Program-made: the position numbers and the translations under genes
From: a virus
Taxonomy: Duplodnaviria > Caudoviricetes
IMG/VR virus record: IMGVR_UViG_3300030708_001288
Coordinates: 1 to 44,478 of that record
DNA: 44,478 nt
Direction: 5' to 3' (one strand)
Shown: piece by piece, positions 20,282-29,851 of the stretch
How positions within the stretch are numbered: the stretch's first letter is position 1
Layout of the letters: each line of letters opens with the position of its first letter
Notes under the pieces: model-generated
Told to the model about the DNA's origin: nothing
Seen by the model: the letters and a program-made list of their open reading frames with translations, nothing else
Database searches by the model: none

Positions 20282-20621
20282 TGTTCTTTCTATTATGTGT
20301 TGCTATTCTATGACAGTTTGAGCATCGTATATCACACTTCTCTATCTCTTCTATAATAGTATTGATAGAGCAGCATGCATGTGCCATGTCTGATATATTT
20401 CTTTTCTTCTCCCCTCTCACGTGGTCGAAGTCTAATACCAATGGGTTAGTCTCTCCACAATCTACGCAAGGGTTATTGCTCTTGTATTCTTTTATAAACT
20501 CTCTATTCTTTTTTCTTTGTTTCTTAGACCATCTAATAGACCTAGCTTTTATCTTGGCTTTGTTAGCCTCGTAATGCCGCTTCGATGCAGCCGCCTGGTC
20601 TTCCTTGTTTTTGTAAGGCAT
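20274..20621 (-). CDS. HNH endonuclease
   Basis: CVDC...LDFDH...CSNCH zinc-finger/HNH signature. Confidence 0.85.
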   Translation of the reverse strand: MPYKNKEDQAAASKRHYEANKAKIKARSIRWSKKQRKKNREFIKEYKSNNPCVDCGETNPLVLDFDHVRGEKKRNISDMAHACCSINTIIEEIEKCDIRCSNCHRIATHNRKNNG

Positions 20622-20812
20622 TAGATATCTTCAGTAAGCGACTGTATTAAATCATTCAATACCTCTATCAACTCTCTAGCTTTATGCTTTGCCTGTTCAT
20701 GGTTCCTGTCCATCAAATCTTCGTAAAGATTATCTCCGAAGTCGTGGATGTTGCCACATATAAACTCTACATGTGCAATCATCTCGATATCTTCGGGTGC
20801 TACTCTTGACAT
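20621..20812 (-). CDS. Hypothetical protein
   Basis: 63-aa ORF with 1-nt stop/start overlaps on both sides. Confidence 0.65.
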   Translation of the reverse strand: MSRVAPEDIEMIAHVEFICGNIHDFGDNLYEDLMDRNHEQAKHKARELIEVLNDLIQSLTEDI

Positions 20813-21051
20813 TATGAATCCATTCCCTGCAAGAGTGTCTTACCAAGCTCCGCATTAATTTCTTTTATTGCTCTGTATATTTTTTTGGATTGTTGTTTGG
20901 TTTCTTTTTTTTCTTTGACTAAAGAATCAACACCAAGTCGGGCATACATATTACAATCAATATGTAAAAGGGTATCAATCTTTTTCTTGTCAGACCAAGA
21001 GGTAAACCCTAGTATCTTTTCTATATCTTGTATGTTATATCTACAGTCCAT
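20812..21051 (-). CDS. Hypothetical protein
   Basis: Start moved to the ATG at 21051 (MDCRY...), because the longer ORF-track start lies inside a hairpin. Confidence 0.6.
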   Translation of the reverse strand: MDCRYNIQDIEKILGFTSWSDKKKIDTLLHIDCNMYARLGVDSLVKEKKETKQQSKKIYRAIKEINAELGKTLLQGMDS

Positions 21052-21057
21052 TGTTAT

Positions 21058-21110
21058 AAAAAAAGGTTGCCTAACCCACTCTCCCAAGCTTAACTAGTCA
21101 GACAACCTTT
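21058..21110 (-). terminator. Intrinsic terminator/attenuator-like hairpin
   Basis: Minus strand AAAGGTTGTCTGAC ... GTTAGGCAACCTTT stem (with G-U pairs) ending in a T-run. Confidence 0.55.
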
Positions 21111-21153
21111 AACCAATTATGAATCACTTACAGAAAGTAATAGCTAAAAGTAA

Positions 21154-21612
21154 TTATTTTTTTTCTAATTCCAAATATTTTTCTTTTATTTCTTTATGAA
21201 GTTCATTTACATTGTGCATCATTCTCTCTACAGCATTAGACAAATAAGCACATTCCATGTTTAATTTTTTTAATGCATCGTTAATATCTAACTTAAATAC
21301 AGTGCTTATTCCTCCCGTCTCTTCACGCTCTGGGTCACACCACATTTTCTCCACCGCCTCATAGTCTTCCTTAAATTTCTTATCGTATATACATACTGCC
21401 TCAAATTCTTTTAGGGAATGTAAAACAGTAGCGTGATTTTTTTTAAAGTATCTTCCTATATCTGCTAAGGAAAAGTTACACTGCTCTCGTAAAATTTTAT
21501 AGCACATCATACGTGCTTTTACATATTCAAACTTACGACTTGTTTTATTTAAATCTAAATTTAATTTTTTACCGACAATATATTTAACTGTCCTTACCTT
21601 GATTGAGTCCAT
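21154..21612 (-). CDS. DnaA domain IV-like helix-turn-helix protein
   Basis: ARMMCYKILR...SLADIGRYFKKNHATVLHSLK matches the DnaA C-terminal DNA-binding signature. Confidence 0.75.
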   Translation of the reverse strand: MDSIKVRTVKYIVGKKLNLDLNKTSRKFEYVKARMMCYKILREQCNFSLADIGRYFKKNHATVLHSLKEFEAVCIYDKKFKEDYEAVEKMWCDPEREETGGISTVFKLDINDALKKLNMECAYLSNAVERMMHNVNELHKEIKEKYLELEKK

Positions 21613-21922
21613 TTGTTTTTTTATTTAAGTTAAGTAAATCTAAAAATTCATCCATATCAACTAACTTTAAATCCGATAGTAGTGGTTGAGAGGTATTATC
21701 TTTTATAACTTCTAATGCGAAAGTTATTGGTTCATCGTGGTCGTTCATTACCACACCACCTAATACGGTAGATACTAGGTCGTTAGTATTTACATTACCT
21801 ATGTTTTCATTAATAAACCTAGCAATTTTTATTCCTGTTCTTATATCTAATTCTTGTAGACCATCTACAAAATCATCGGTTACATCAAATAACTCCGTTG
21901 TATACTTCTGTTTTACATCCAT
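21584..21922 (-). CDS. Hypothetical protein
   Basis: 112-aa ORF in the minus-strand operon. Confidence 0.6.
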   Translation of the reverse strand: MDVKQKYTTELFDVTDDFVDGLQELDIRTGIKIARFINENIGNVNTNDLVSTVLGGVVMNDHDEPITFALEVIKDNTSQPLLSDLKLVDMDEFLDLLNLNKKTNGLNQGKDS

Positions 21923-22130
21923 GTTTTTCTAATTCTTTTAATCTATATTCTTGTAAGCGGGAAACTTTCCCATTATCTTTTTTTATTTCTGAGAATAACA
22001 CCTCACAGTTAGGAGGGATAGCTAGCAAGTCGGGGATACCATTCTTGTTAGTCTTGATTAATTTGATTACATAATATCCTTCAGCTTCTAATTCTTTTAT
22101 TCTTTTACTTTGAATCTGCTGCTCGGTCAT
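21885..22130 (-). CDS. VRR-NUC domain nuclease
   Basis: MTEQQIQ...GIPDLL...FSEIK...G.VS.LQ; start reassigned to the ATG at 22130. Confidence 0.8.
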   Translation of the reverse strand: MTEQQIQSKRIKELEAEGYYVIKLIKTNKNGIPDLLAIPPNCEVLFSEIKKDNGKVSRLQEYRLKELEKHGCKTEVYNGVI

Positions 22131-23370
22131 GTAGCAAATGTACAAAATCTCTTTTAAAATGTTTAAGGGTATAATCCTTTTTTTTAATAACTGCCTTGTA
22201 TATATCCTTTTCAATACCGCCTTTACTAAATATCCAATAGATATTATTCTTTAACCTATCCTTAGTAGTCATCCTATCCCTGCTCTGCCAATAAGATGTT
22301 GCACTAAAGTCTATGTTATAATATACCAAACAGTCTGCCTCCTTTAGAGATATACCCTCACGCCCACTAACAATCTGCAGTGCAATGTTCTTATCTGTAG
22401 TATTAAAACACTCCAGGTCTTGACAGATGTCTTTACCGAACACTTCCTTGATTGCATTAAGTTCTTCCTTAAACTTGTAAAAGATTCCTATCTTTTTATC
22501 TTTAAAGTATTCCTGTATAAACTCTGCCTTAGTTAAGTCTAATACCATAGAGTTACCACTCTCAAACTTTATAGTTCCACTACATAACTGATGTACCTTC
22601 ATCATAAGTTTTACTGCGGTGTCCGCTAGTATAACCTCATCCTTTCCCTCAACAACTAAATCTTTTTTTAGCTTGTTTATAATCTTATGGGTAGAATCAA
22701 GGATGTCAACCTCTAATATATTCTCTTTGGTATCTACCATAAAACCTGCATCCTTCTGTGTGAAGCTAATCGTAAATGGTGCCATCCTATCGAGTATACT
22801 TTGTTTACCCCTTGAGTAGTCATTGATATACAGACCATTTATTTTTTTCTGTACTACATTAACATACTCGTGAGCAAACTTATAGAAGCTACGGTAAGAT
22901 GCAAAAGGATTGGTTGGTATAAAATATACCTGGTGATACATCTGTGAGTAAGACTCCGGTGTTGGAGTCCCACTCAACAAGATGACATAAGGATTACTTT
23001 TATTAATCACCTCCTTAACTTTTTTTGCTCTACCACTTGGCTTTGGAAACGCACCCATACCATGAGCCTCATCACATATAACCATGTCCCATTTAATATC
23101 GGGAGCCTTGTGTATACTCTCATAGTTTATAACAAACAATGATATAGAGTTAGGACACATCATCTCATGGTCTTTTACAATAGAACCTATAGCTTTCTTT
23201 TTGGTTAAGAAGAGTACGTTCTCTACATCCTCCATCCTATCCGCAATACCTAAACTTGTTAATGTCTTACCTGTCCTAACTTCCATAGCTAGATATAAAA
23301 ACCTATGTCGATTTATTATATCTAAACCCTTGTTAACTATATCCTTTTGATACTCTCTTAACTGTATCAT
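22105..23370 (-). CDS. SF2 (SNF2-like) helicase
   Basis: LREYQ, RTGKT, DEAH, LSGTP, GREGISL and QSRDR motifs. Confidence 0.85.
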   Translation of the reverse strand: MIQLREYQKDIVNKGLDIINRHRFLYLAMEVRTGKTLTSLGIADRMEDVENVLFLTKKKAIGSIVKDHEMMCPNSISLFVINYESIHKAPDIKWDMVICDEAHGMGAFPKPSGRAKKVKEVINKSNPYVILLSGTPTPESYSQMYHQVYFIPTNPFASYRSFYKFAHEYVNVVQKKINGLYINDYSRGKQSILDRMAPFTISFTQKDAGFMVDTKENILEVDILDSTHKIINKLKKDLVVEGKDEVILADTAVKLMMKVHQLCSGTIKFESGNSMVLDLTKAEFIQEYFKDKKIGIFYKFKEELNAIKEVFGKDICQDLECFNTTDKNIALQIVSGREGISLKEADCLVYYNIDFSATSYWQSRDRMTTKDRLKNNIYWIFSKGGIEKDIYKAVIKKKDYTLKHFKRDFVHLLHDRAADSK

Positions 23371-25781
23371 ATCTTTATATCTTTTTGTTTTTCATAATAT
23401 GATTTCGTTACAAACTCAATCCATCTACCCATCATATCTCTACCCTCTAATGCTTGACATCCATACTTATATTCTGCATAAGACATCAGCCACTTACCAA
23501 ATTTATTTCTACTTACAGCAGAGGCACCACGCTGTGCGTAGTCGGGATATTCCTCAGTGAAATCCATAAACAAATCATTCTTATATATCCTCTTATTCTT
23601 TAATAATTTAGGGTGAGGTTTAGTATCTAGTATACCACACCACTCGATAAATGCATGAGAGGTATCGGCAACTAATGTTCTAGTTTTAAGGTTTATAAAC
23701 TCACTCTTCAGTAACCCATGCTCAAGATATAACTGTAGACATTGTATCATGTAGTTATCAAACTGACACCAGTCGTTATCGTTCCACTCACCAAACATCA
23801 GCTTACCAAATTCTACCAATGGTGTAAACTCTTTGTTATAAAATTGATTTAACTCTAGGTCCCATTTCCTTCTAGCAAAAGAGTTACCCTTACCACGTAT
23901 AGCATAGTTGGTGGTGATAGCAACCTTAGGGGACTTAGCGAATGGTATCTTGATAGCATCCTTGTTTTTCTTTTCTAGTGTCAACCCCTCTGTTACTACA
24001 CTGAATAGCTTTTCAAAGTTAAAGTTCTTATGTACATCATCAAAGCATAGTATCTGTGTATCTGCCGACACTAACTGATAGGCAAAAGACTTCTCAAAAT
24101 TAAAACTCTTACCATCAATTACTACAAGCTTCTTCATATGTCCTAACCCTGTCATAAATAATCCTTTACCCGTACCACCCTCCGGGTTGTCTGATATAAC
24201 CTCATCGTTTAAGATGGTAGCGGGACAGTAGGATAGGTTCTTCCAACCATGTAATAAGAAACCAATAGTAGATTCCATAGACCTTGTACGTGCATCACTA
24301 CCCCCTGCAATATTGTTTATAAATACCTGGTAGTCACAGTTGGTAACCTCACATATATCAAATACCCTATTGATAACGTGGTCCTTCCATACATACCCAC
24401 CTAAATCTAGGTAGTCTATAGGTACTATATCATCCTTAGTAATCTTTACAGCACAGTTACTATAGTATAGGTATGAGGTATCCTTAGTATCCTCAATAAA
24501 AAATACCTTTAAGGAAGATAGTAATGTAAGAAACTCTTCCCTAAAATATCGGGTACACTCTGCGAAGTAATTATAGATAGAGGTATCGTCTACATCTAAT
24601 AAGAAGTTAAGTACAAAATCTTTTATCTGTTTCTCTGATGCGTGTTCAATAAGGTTATTAGTAACCTTAACAAAGACGTAGTTGTTACTACCTTCGGGAC
24701 TAAACTTATAGAACCCATGGTCTTCTAAAAAATTCTTAAACGATATATGTACTATCTTTACTACACCCTTCTCACTCTTTGTCCAAAACCTTTCTTCGTT
24801 TTGCTCCTCCTCTAGTCTACGTAGCACATTATCTATAACTACATCATCTACATCTGTATTCTTTTCCTCTATGGTATTCTTTATCTCCTTCTTCGATAAA
24901 CCTCTACGTATCTTTTGTTTAACCGTAGCTACCAACTCCTCATCCTCATAATACTTCGTACCAAAGTTCTGTGTCTGTGCATAGGCAGAGTTAATCGTAC
25001 GTTTTAATTCAGCTTCAGTAAAATCATCAGATACAAATGTATTCATAACATAACTAGCTACAGTCTGTGTTACACCAAAGTCATTGAATGCCGATGCTAG
25101 TATGTATATATTATTATTTCTCTCACCACTTTTAAATCCATACTTCCTCTCCCACCACTTCATTAGTATCTCTACAATCTTTTTCTCATCTGTTATTGGT
25201 ATAGTCTGTTTGTCTTTATGTTTAACTACCTCTTGATACTCCTGCTCAATAATAGTATTGAATATACTAGACTGTTCATTGATATATATCAGTGGGTCAT
25301 AAGACTCATAGCATACCCTAGATACATTCTTACATGTCTTATCAAAGTACGGAGATTTAAAATGTTTTTCTAAGGATGTAAAAAACTTCTTATGGTTATC
25401 TACCTCAGCAGGTATCTTTACTAATACCTTTAGTCCCATACCACTAGGTGATATAAATACAGAGTAGGTATACCTATCCTTAGTTAAACTTTCTTTCTCC
25501 TCTAGTAATAACTTATCGGATTCATAACCGTCAAAGTCTAAACATATTAGACCACTATGCTCCAGGAGAGACGAGTCATTTCGCTTTGAAAACTTTCCAC
25601 TAAAACATATAGCGGGTAACTTTTGTTTGAGGTCGTTTCGTTTTTGTTTATCAGATTCATCTCTGATTTCTTTGACGATATCTTTTGATGCACCATCTCT
25701 TATTCTTTCTATTATCTTTTGTACATCTCTGTAGAATGGTTGAGATGTATCCTTGATGTCTTTAAAAATTGTTACTTCCAT
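23367..25781 (-). CDS. Primase-helicase (VirE-N/BT4734-like + PriCT + P-loop NTPase)
   Basis: LPAICFSG...HSGLICLDFD...SPSG.GLK; GERNN (PriCT); Walker A GGTGKG and Walker B LCFDD. Confidence 0.8.
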   Translation of the reverse strand: MEVTIFKDIKDTSQPFYRDVQKIIERIRDGASKDIVKEIRDESDKQKRNDLKQKLPAICFSGKFSKRNDSSLLEHSGLICLDFDGYESDKLLLEEKESLTKDRYTYSVFISPSGMGLKVLVKIPAEVDNHKKFFTSLEKHFKSPYFDKTCKNVSRVCYESYDPLIYINEQSSIFNTIIEQEYQEVVKHKDKQTIPITDEKKIVEILMKWWERKYGFKSGERNNNIYILASAFNDFGVTQTVASYVMNTFVSDDFTEAELKRTINSAYAQTQNFGTKYYEDEELVATVKQKIRRGLSKKEIKNTIEEKNTDVDDVVIDNVLRRLEEEQNEERFWTKSEKGVVKIVHISFKNFLEDHGFYKFSPEGSNNYVFVKVTNNLIEHASEKQIKDFVLNFLLDVDDTSIYNYFAECTRYFREEFLTLLSSLKVFFIEDTKDTSYLYYSNCAVKITKDDIVPIDYLDLGGYVWKDHVINRVFDICEVTNCDYQVFINNIAGGSDARTRSMESTIGFLLHGWKNLSYCPATILNDEVISDNPEGGTGKGLFMTGLGHMKKLVVIDGKSFNFEKSFAYQLVSADTQILCFDDVHKNFNFEKLFSVVTEGLTLEKKNKDAIKIPFAKSPKVAITTNYAIRGKGNSFARRKWDLELNQFYNKEFTPLVEFGKLMFGEWNDNDWCQFDNYMIQCLQLYLEHGLLKSEFINLKTRTLVADTSHAFIEWCGILDTKPHPKLLKNKRIYKNDLFMDFTEEYPDYAQRGASAVSRNKFGKWLMSYAEYKYGCQALEGRDMMGRWIEFVTKSYYEKQKDIKI

Positions 25782-25782
25782 T

Positions 25783-26133
25783 TTATTTAATTAAATCTGT
25801 TAAGGGTAATAATATTCCTCTACTTGTATTTGAATCCCCACCTCTTATATCTCTGTATGTTCCGATATACTTTCTGCAAAGTTCTTTTAGTTCTTCTGTC
25901 TCTATTAAAAACATCCTACCATCTGTAATAAAGTAACAGTAGAAGTCTGCTTGGGTAGTAGCTAACCCACTTGGTTTTTTTCTACTCTCATACTCTATGT
26001 AAATGCTTCCTGTTTTAATAGCTTGTAAATCTTTCTTTACTTCTATTTTTTTATTCTCTAGTAGTTCGGCTAGTATTTTTTCTGCTACCATACCAACCTT
26101 TAGGTCATATTTAAAATTACTGTTGTATCTCAT
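25783..26133 (-). CDS. PD-(D/E)xK-like phage endonuclease
   Basis: IEVKKD...TGSIYIEY...PSGL.TTQAD motif. Confidence 0.6.
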   Translation of the reverse strand: MRYNSNFKYDLKVGMVAEKILAELLENKKIEVKKDLQAIKTGSIYIEYESRKKPSGLATTQADFYCYFITDGRMFLIETEELKELCRKYIGTYRDIRGGDSNTSRGILLPLTDLIK

Positions 26134-26292
26134 GTTGATTTTATGTTACTTACTTTCTAGTATTTATAGTACTTCTATATTCTTTATGTTAATATGTTAA
26201 TAAATAAATAAATAAATAAATAAATATATATATATAAATAAGAAAAATATATAAGCTATATAAGAATCATTTGAAATCGACATATCAACATA
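26131..26292. other. Putative replication origin-like element A
   Basis: TATGTYRA repeats (26185-26200) and an inverted copy (26277-26292) flank (TAAA)6 and a TA run. Confidence 0.4.
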
Positions 26293-26300
26293 GGGTAAGC

Positions 26301-26335
26301 AAAAAGAAAAGGTCTAGTCGACTAGACCCTTTCTC
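26301..26335 (-). terminator. Terminator-like hairpin built on a GTCTAGTCGACTAGAC palindrome (core 26312-26327, copy 1)
   Basis: Minus strand AGAAAGGGTCTAGTCGACTAGACCTTTTCTTTTT, just downstream of the SSB-like gene. Confidence 0.65.
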
Positions 26336-26352
26336 TTATGCATTCATTAGGT

Positions 26353-26613
26353 TTAGAAAGGAAGGTCAGCCTCTTGTTGCTTAGGCTCCTCTTTCTTTGG
26401 TTCCGGTTTAAATGTATCGACAGTAACATAATGAGTCTTACCATAATCATCTGCACCGTCTCTCTTTGCAGACACGTTTAGTTTGATGTAACGTTTACCG
26501 TTGTATTCAAACATGTGTTCCTTTGGTAGGTCACTAAGACATACACTCATACTTACCATCTGTCCGTCAAATTTTGACACACCATTTCCGACATAGATTT
26601 TTTCTTCTGCCAT
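26353..26613 (-). CDS. Probable single-stranded DNA-binding protein
   Basis: Short beta-rich ORF ending EADLPF, an SSB-type acidic tail; downstream of exonuclease and Sak genes. Confidence 0.6.
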   Translation of the reverse strand: MAEEKIYVGNGVSKFDGQMVSMSVCLSDLPKEHMFEYNGKRYIKLNVSAKRDGADDYGKTHYVTVDTFKPEPKKEEPKQQEADLPF

Positions 26614-26742
26614 AATAAAAATTATTTTTTATAAATTATTCTTTCCAACTTTTCCATTGTTGCCTCCATGAATCTATCACGTTCAGCTTGGGTTCTGATT
26701 TGTGTTGGAATCTCCAAAAACATAACCCCTTCTCTTTGTCTC

Positions 26743-27477
26743 TTAAAGAATCTCTTTAATGATATAGTTCTCGATATTCTCCGTAGCATTGTCACCATAA
26801 AACTTATTGTATATCTCCAGTGCTCTCTTAACTTTCTCTTTTCCATACTCTAAAAATGTTTCGCTCGGTTCAAATATTCCTAACTCTAAAGATGTCTTAT
26901 CTATAACATAAAATACTAATGACTTACCAAACAACTGATTGTATAGCCACGCTTGGCTATCGTAGTTATACTTCTTAGCCGAATACCTAAAGTCTTTTAT
27001 ATTACTTGTGGTCTTTAAGTCAATGATTATATCCTTAGTTATAATATCTGCCTTACCTTTCCACGCTATACCAAACAATTCTTTTATTGCCGGGACCTCA
27101 TACTCATTACCTTCCTCATAGATAGCATCATGAAACTCTAGGTTAGACTGCATGGTCTGTATTGCCTTGTCTATATCTTCCTTCTCTTTGTTAAGCATCA
27201 TTAAGTCTCTATTGTAATACTGTAATCCTTCCTTATAAAGTTTAGTGTTACGACTCGATGCATCTATACTTACAAACTCTTCACTGTCAATCTTGTGTGG
27301 CTCAAGCATAGCAGTATGGAAGTATCTACCAATAAGCATTGCCTTACTCATTGGTTTATCTTCTCTGAAATTTTTAGGGTCATTCAGTAGTGTGATGATA
27401 TCTGAGTTAGATAAATACTGTCTCCCTAACTCTCCATAATAATGGGAGTCATCTTTCAATAACTTTAACGCTTCCAT
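26743..27477 (-). CDS. RecE/exonuclease VIII-like PD-(D/E)xK exonuclease
   Basis: LSNS, G..FH...LEP, KGKADI...IIDLKTT and Y..QA..Y motifs. Confidence 0.8.
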   Translation of the reverse strand: MEALKLLKDDSHYYGELGRQYLSNSDIITLLNDPKNFREDKPMSKAMLIGRYFHTAMLEPHKIDSEEFVSIDASSRNTKLYKEGLQYYNRDLMMLNKEKEDIDKAIQTMQSNLEFHDAIYEEGNEYEVPAIKELFGIAWKGKADIITKDIIIDLKTTSNIKDFRYSAKKYNYDSQAWLYNQLFGKSLVFYVIDKTSLELGIFEPSETFLEYGKEKVKRALEIYNKFYGDNATENIENYIIKEIL

Positions 27478-28079
27478 TACTTGATATGTTTAGACAGTTC
27501 TTTCTTTACTAAAGGTTTTATCTTATACTTAGTCTCCAGGTTCTTAACGATTTTAGCTAGACCAATATCTTTATTGGATGCTATATACTTGAGTACCTTC
27601 TCCCAATTATTATCCCCAATGTTCAGTTCTATCACTGCATTCTTTGATGGGATAGGTGTCTTACTTACAGGGGCAGATGGAACAACTACTTTTGTGTCTT
27701 CACCAATCCATAAACTTAATCCCAACCCATGCATAGCTATAGCCTTGGTAGTACTACGTTGTATTGCAGTATTTACATCCATACTTGTAATCTTACCTAC
27801 GGATATAGACTGATTACGGAAGTTCATAACGGGTAGGTAGTCTATATGTTCTATATCTCCCACCTTGATACCAACCTTTACATACGCAGTGTTACCATCG
27901 GTATGGTAGTTGAGTCCGGTATGTTCTGACTCATAAACAATACGTTGGGCATTAGGATATTTATTTTTTAACATAGCCCAACTGTTTGCCCAACTGATGT
28001 AATCTAGTTGACCTTTCTTTTCTATCTTCGATGATACATCTATCGAGGACAGTTCTTTAAATACATTCTTCTTTTCCAT
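27477..28079 (-). CDS. sak: Sak (Rad52-like, DUF1071) single-strand annealing protein
   Basis: LDYISWA.SW, LPVMNFRN and IQRSTTKAIAMHGLGLSLWIGED signature. Confidence 0.8.
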   Translation of the reverse strand: MEKKNVFKELSSIDVSSKIEKKGQLDYISWANSWAMLKNKYPNAQRIVYESEHTGLNYHTDGNTAYVKVGIKVGDIEHIDYLPVMNFRNQSISVGKITSMDVNTAIQRSTTKAIAMHGLGLSLWIGEDTKVVVPSAPVSKTPIPSKNAVIELNIGDNNWEKVLKYIASNKDIGLAKIVKNLETKYKIKPLVKKELSKHIK

Positions 28080-28473
28080 TTGTGATTTTATTTAATTGTA
28101 ATTTACGTTCTGCATATTTATTAAGCAGTCCTTCTCGTCTTGCTTTCAGTGACATAATATGCTTGTTGTTCCTACGGGTTGACACCTCACCCCTTATCTT
28201 CTCTTCTATCATTCCTAGCTTTCGCTTGGTATTAGCTATACATAACCTCAATGCACCCTCGTTAAAGCCATACTTAAAAAAATATTTCTCCTCTTCCTCG
28301 TTGCAAGGTACGTAGTAGTCACCACCTCTAGCTAGGTTTATAATCTCTATCGTATCACCAAACTTCTGCACCTTTATCCCTAGGTTTATATAACCCTCAC
28401 CCTTAGGCATTGGGCTTTTAATTGCAGAGGTATCGGATTTGATTTGATTAAATATATCCTCCTTACTATACAT
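28057..28473 (-). CDS. Hypothetical protein
   Basis: 138-aa ORF in the operon. Confidence 0.6.
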   Translation of the reverse strand: MYSKEDIFNQIKSDTSAIKSPMPKGEGYINLGIKVQKFGDTIEIINLARGGDYYVPCNEEEEKYFFKYGFNEGALRLCIANTKRKLGMIEEKIRGEVSTRRNNKHIMSLKARREGLLNKYAERKLQLNKITNGKEECI

Positions 28474-28759
28474 CTTGAATCTTCTTGACTATATCTTTAA
28501 AATCCTGGTCGCTATCAATCAACTCCTTAGCTTTCTTGTAGCCATGAATGATTGTACTATGAGCCACCGAGTACCCGTTGTCCTCTAAGAATCTTTGGAT
28601 ATAACTAATCCTAATTGGTCTCTCCATACAGAGATAGTATAACAGTTGTCTTGCGTCTGTTATCTCACGCTTCTTTGTCTTTTCAAATAAACTATCTAAG
28701 CTTAAATGAAACTGCTGTGCTATTGCCTCAGCATAATTATTGAATGCTTCTTTTTTCAT
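28466..28759 (-). CDS. Second DnaA domain IV-like HTH protein
   Basis: KKREITDARQLLYYLC...HSTIIHGYKK. Confidence 0.75.
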   Translation of the reverse strand: MKKEAFNNYAEAIAQQFHLSLDSLFEKTKKREITDARQLLYYLCMERPIRISYIQRFLEDNGYSVAHSTIIHGYKKAKELIDSDQDFKDIVKKIQDV

Positions 28760-28784
28760 TTGTTCTATTTGTTTTTATGTTTAT

Positions 28785-28815
28785 CAAAAATAATACTTTA
28801 TTATTTCTATTCAAA
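28785..28815 (-). promoter_or_regulatory. Bacteroidota sigma-A promoter
   Basis: Minus strand TTTG-N19-TATTTTTG upstream of the 28759 start. Confidence 0.65.
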
Positions 28816-28974
28816 CTTTTGTTTAACTTTTTTATATAATCTTAAGCTTAAATCTTTAACTATATCTAACTCATCGTTGACATCTAACGCCATCAACTTA
28901 AACCTTTCCTTTGATACTAGGTCTTGAATAATAATTAACTCTTGTCTAGTTATTTTAATCGTTGTTGTTTCCAT
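28807..28974 (-). CDS. 55-aa hypothetical protein (not in ORF track)
   Basis: Hand translation METTTIKITRQEL...KQKFE*; preceded by AATAGAACAG. Confidence 0.6.
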   Translation of the reverse strand: METTTIKITRQELIIIQDLVSKERFKLMALDVNDELDIVKDLSLRLYKKVKQKFE

Positions 28975-28979
28975 CTGTT

Positions 28980-29075
28980 CTATTGTTTTAAATCTTTAAT
29001 TAAATTGTTAATAAACTCCCATTCCTTTTTAAGGAATCTCTTTACCTTACGTTTGATGTTACCTAGTATATTCAT
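28980..29075 (-). CDS. 31-aa hypothetical protein (not in ORF track)
   Basis: MNILGNIKRKVKRFLKKEWEFINNLIKDLKQ*; ATGA overlap with the upstream gene. Confidence 0.5.
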   Translation of the reverse strand: MNILGNIKRKVKRFLKKEWEFINNLIKDLKQ

Positions 29076-29335
29076 TCCTCAAAATATTTAGTTACTAATC
29101 GTTTGTATTCTTCCTTATACCAGTCACCCATCTCTTCATAATCTTCTTTGTATGGGGCGTAACCTCTATCTTCATAATGATTTTTTTCTGCCTCTAACCA
29201 TTGGTAGTTAGCATCTAAATCTGCATACTGAAATTTTTTATATAATAATTCTCTAGCTATTGCCTCGGGATTATTATTAAATGCTTTGACTGTAAAATTA
29301 ATTAAGTCTTGTTTAATTTTATTTTTATCTTCCAT
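29072..29335 (-). CDS. Early hypothetical protein
   Basis: 87-aa ORF in the dense minus-strand array. Confidence 0.65.
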   Translation of the reverse strand: MEDKNKIKQDLINFTVKAFNNNPEAIARELLYKKFQYADLDANYQWLEAEKNHYEDRGYAPYKEDYEEMGDWYKEEYKRLVTKYFEE

Positions 29336-29347
29336 CTGTTTTTGTTA

Positions 29348-29635
29348 TTAAAAGTCTAGTCGACTAGACCCATTGATTATTCTTTCCTTTTTGGTAGTCC
29401 ACTCTTTCTCTACCCTATCTGCTTCATAGTTACGTGATGTATCTATGTAACCATATTCATCTACATCTGTTACCACCAGGATATTAGTAAGGTGTGTGTC
29501 TATAGAACATCCATTAAGTAGTTCTTTAGATGTGTCTATATCAGTGGTATCTAATGCCTTATATAACTGTTCTATATCTTCTTGTATAAGTACTAACCTG
29601 CGTAGTAATTGTCCTCTTGTTAATTCTATTTTCAT
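29348..29635 (-). CDS. Early hypothetical protein
   Basis: 95 aa; last codons (SSRLD) are encoded by a palindrome copy. Confidence 0.65.
   Translation of the reverse strand: MKIELTRGQLLRRLVLIQEDIEQLYKALDTTDIDTSKELLNGCSIDTHLTNILVVTDVDEYGYIDTSRNYEADRVEKEWTTKKERIINGSSRLDF
29354..29369. repeat. 16-bp palindrome copy 2
   Basis: GTCTAGTCGACTAGAC. Confidence 0.95.
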
Positions 29636-29850
29636 AATTGTTTTTTTAATTCTTTGTCGTTTATACGAATATGTTCCTGCAATAAATCATATGTGTCCGA
29701 TTGTGGATTACTTAAAACTAATTGCCTTAGCATTTGGTCATTCATCCCAAGCTTCTCAATGATGTACTGCATTGTCTCTCCATCTAAGTCTATACGTCTT
29801 AGGTTTTCTATAGTATCTTGTACTACTTGTGCTTTGATTTCTCCTTCCAT
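29632..29850 (-). CDS. Early hypothetical protein
   Basis: 72-aa ORF, abutting neighbours. Confidence 0.6.
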   Translation of the reverse strand: MEGEIKAQVVQDTIENLRRIDLDGETMQYIIEKLGMNDQMLRQLVLSNPQSDTYDLLQEHIRINDKELKKQL

Positions 29851-29851
29851 C

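Noticed and set aside
26622-26846. 74-aa ORF overlapping the exonuclease gene
   Set aside because: Overlaps by more than 100 nt; only a shorter version (e.g. from ATG 26723) might be real, and support is too weak to call.
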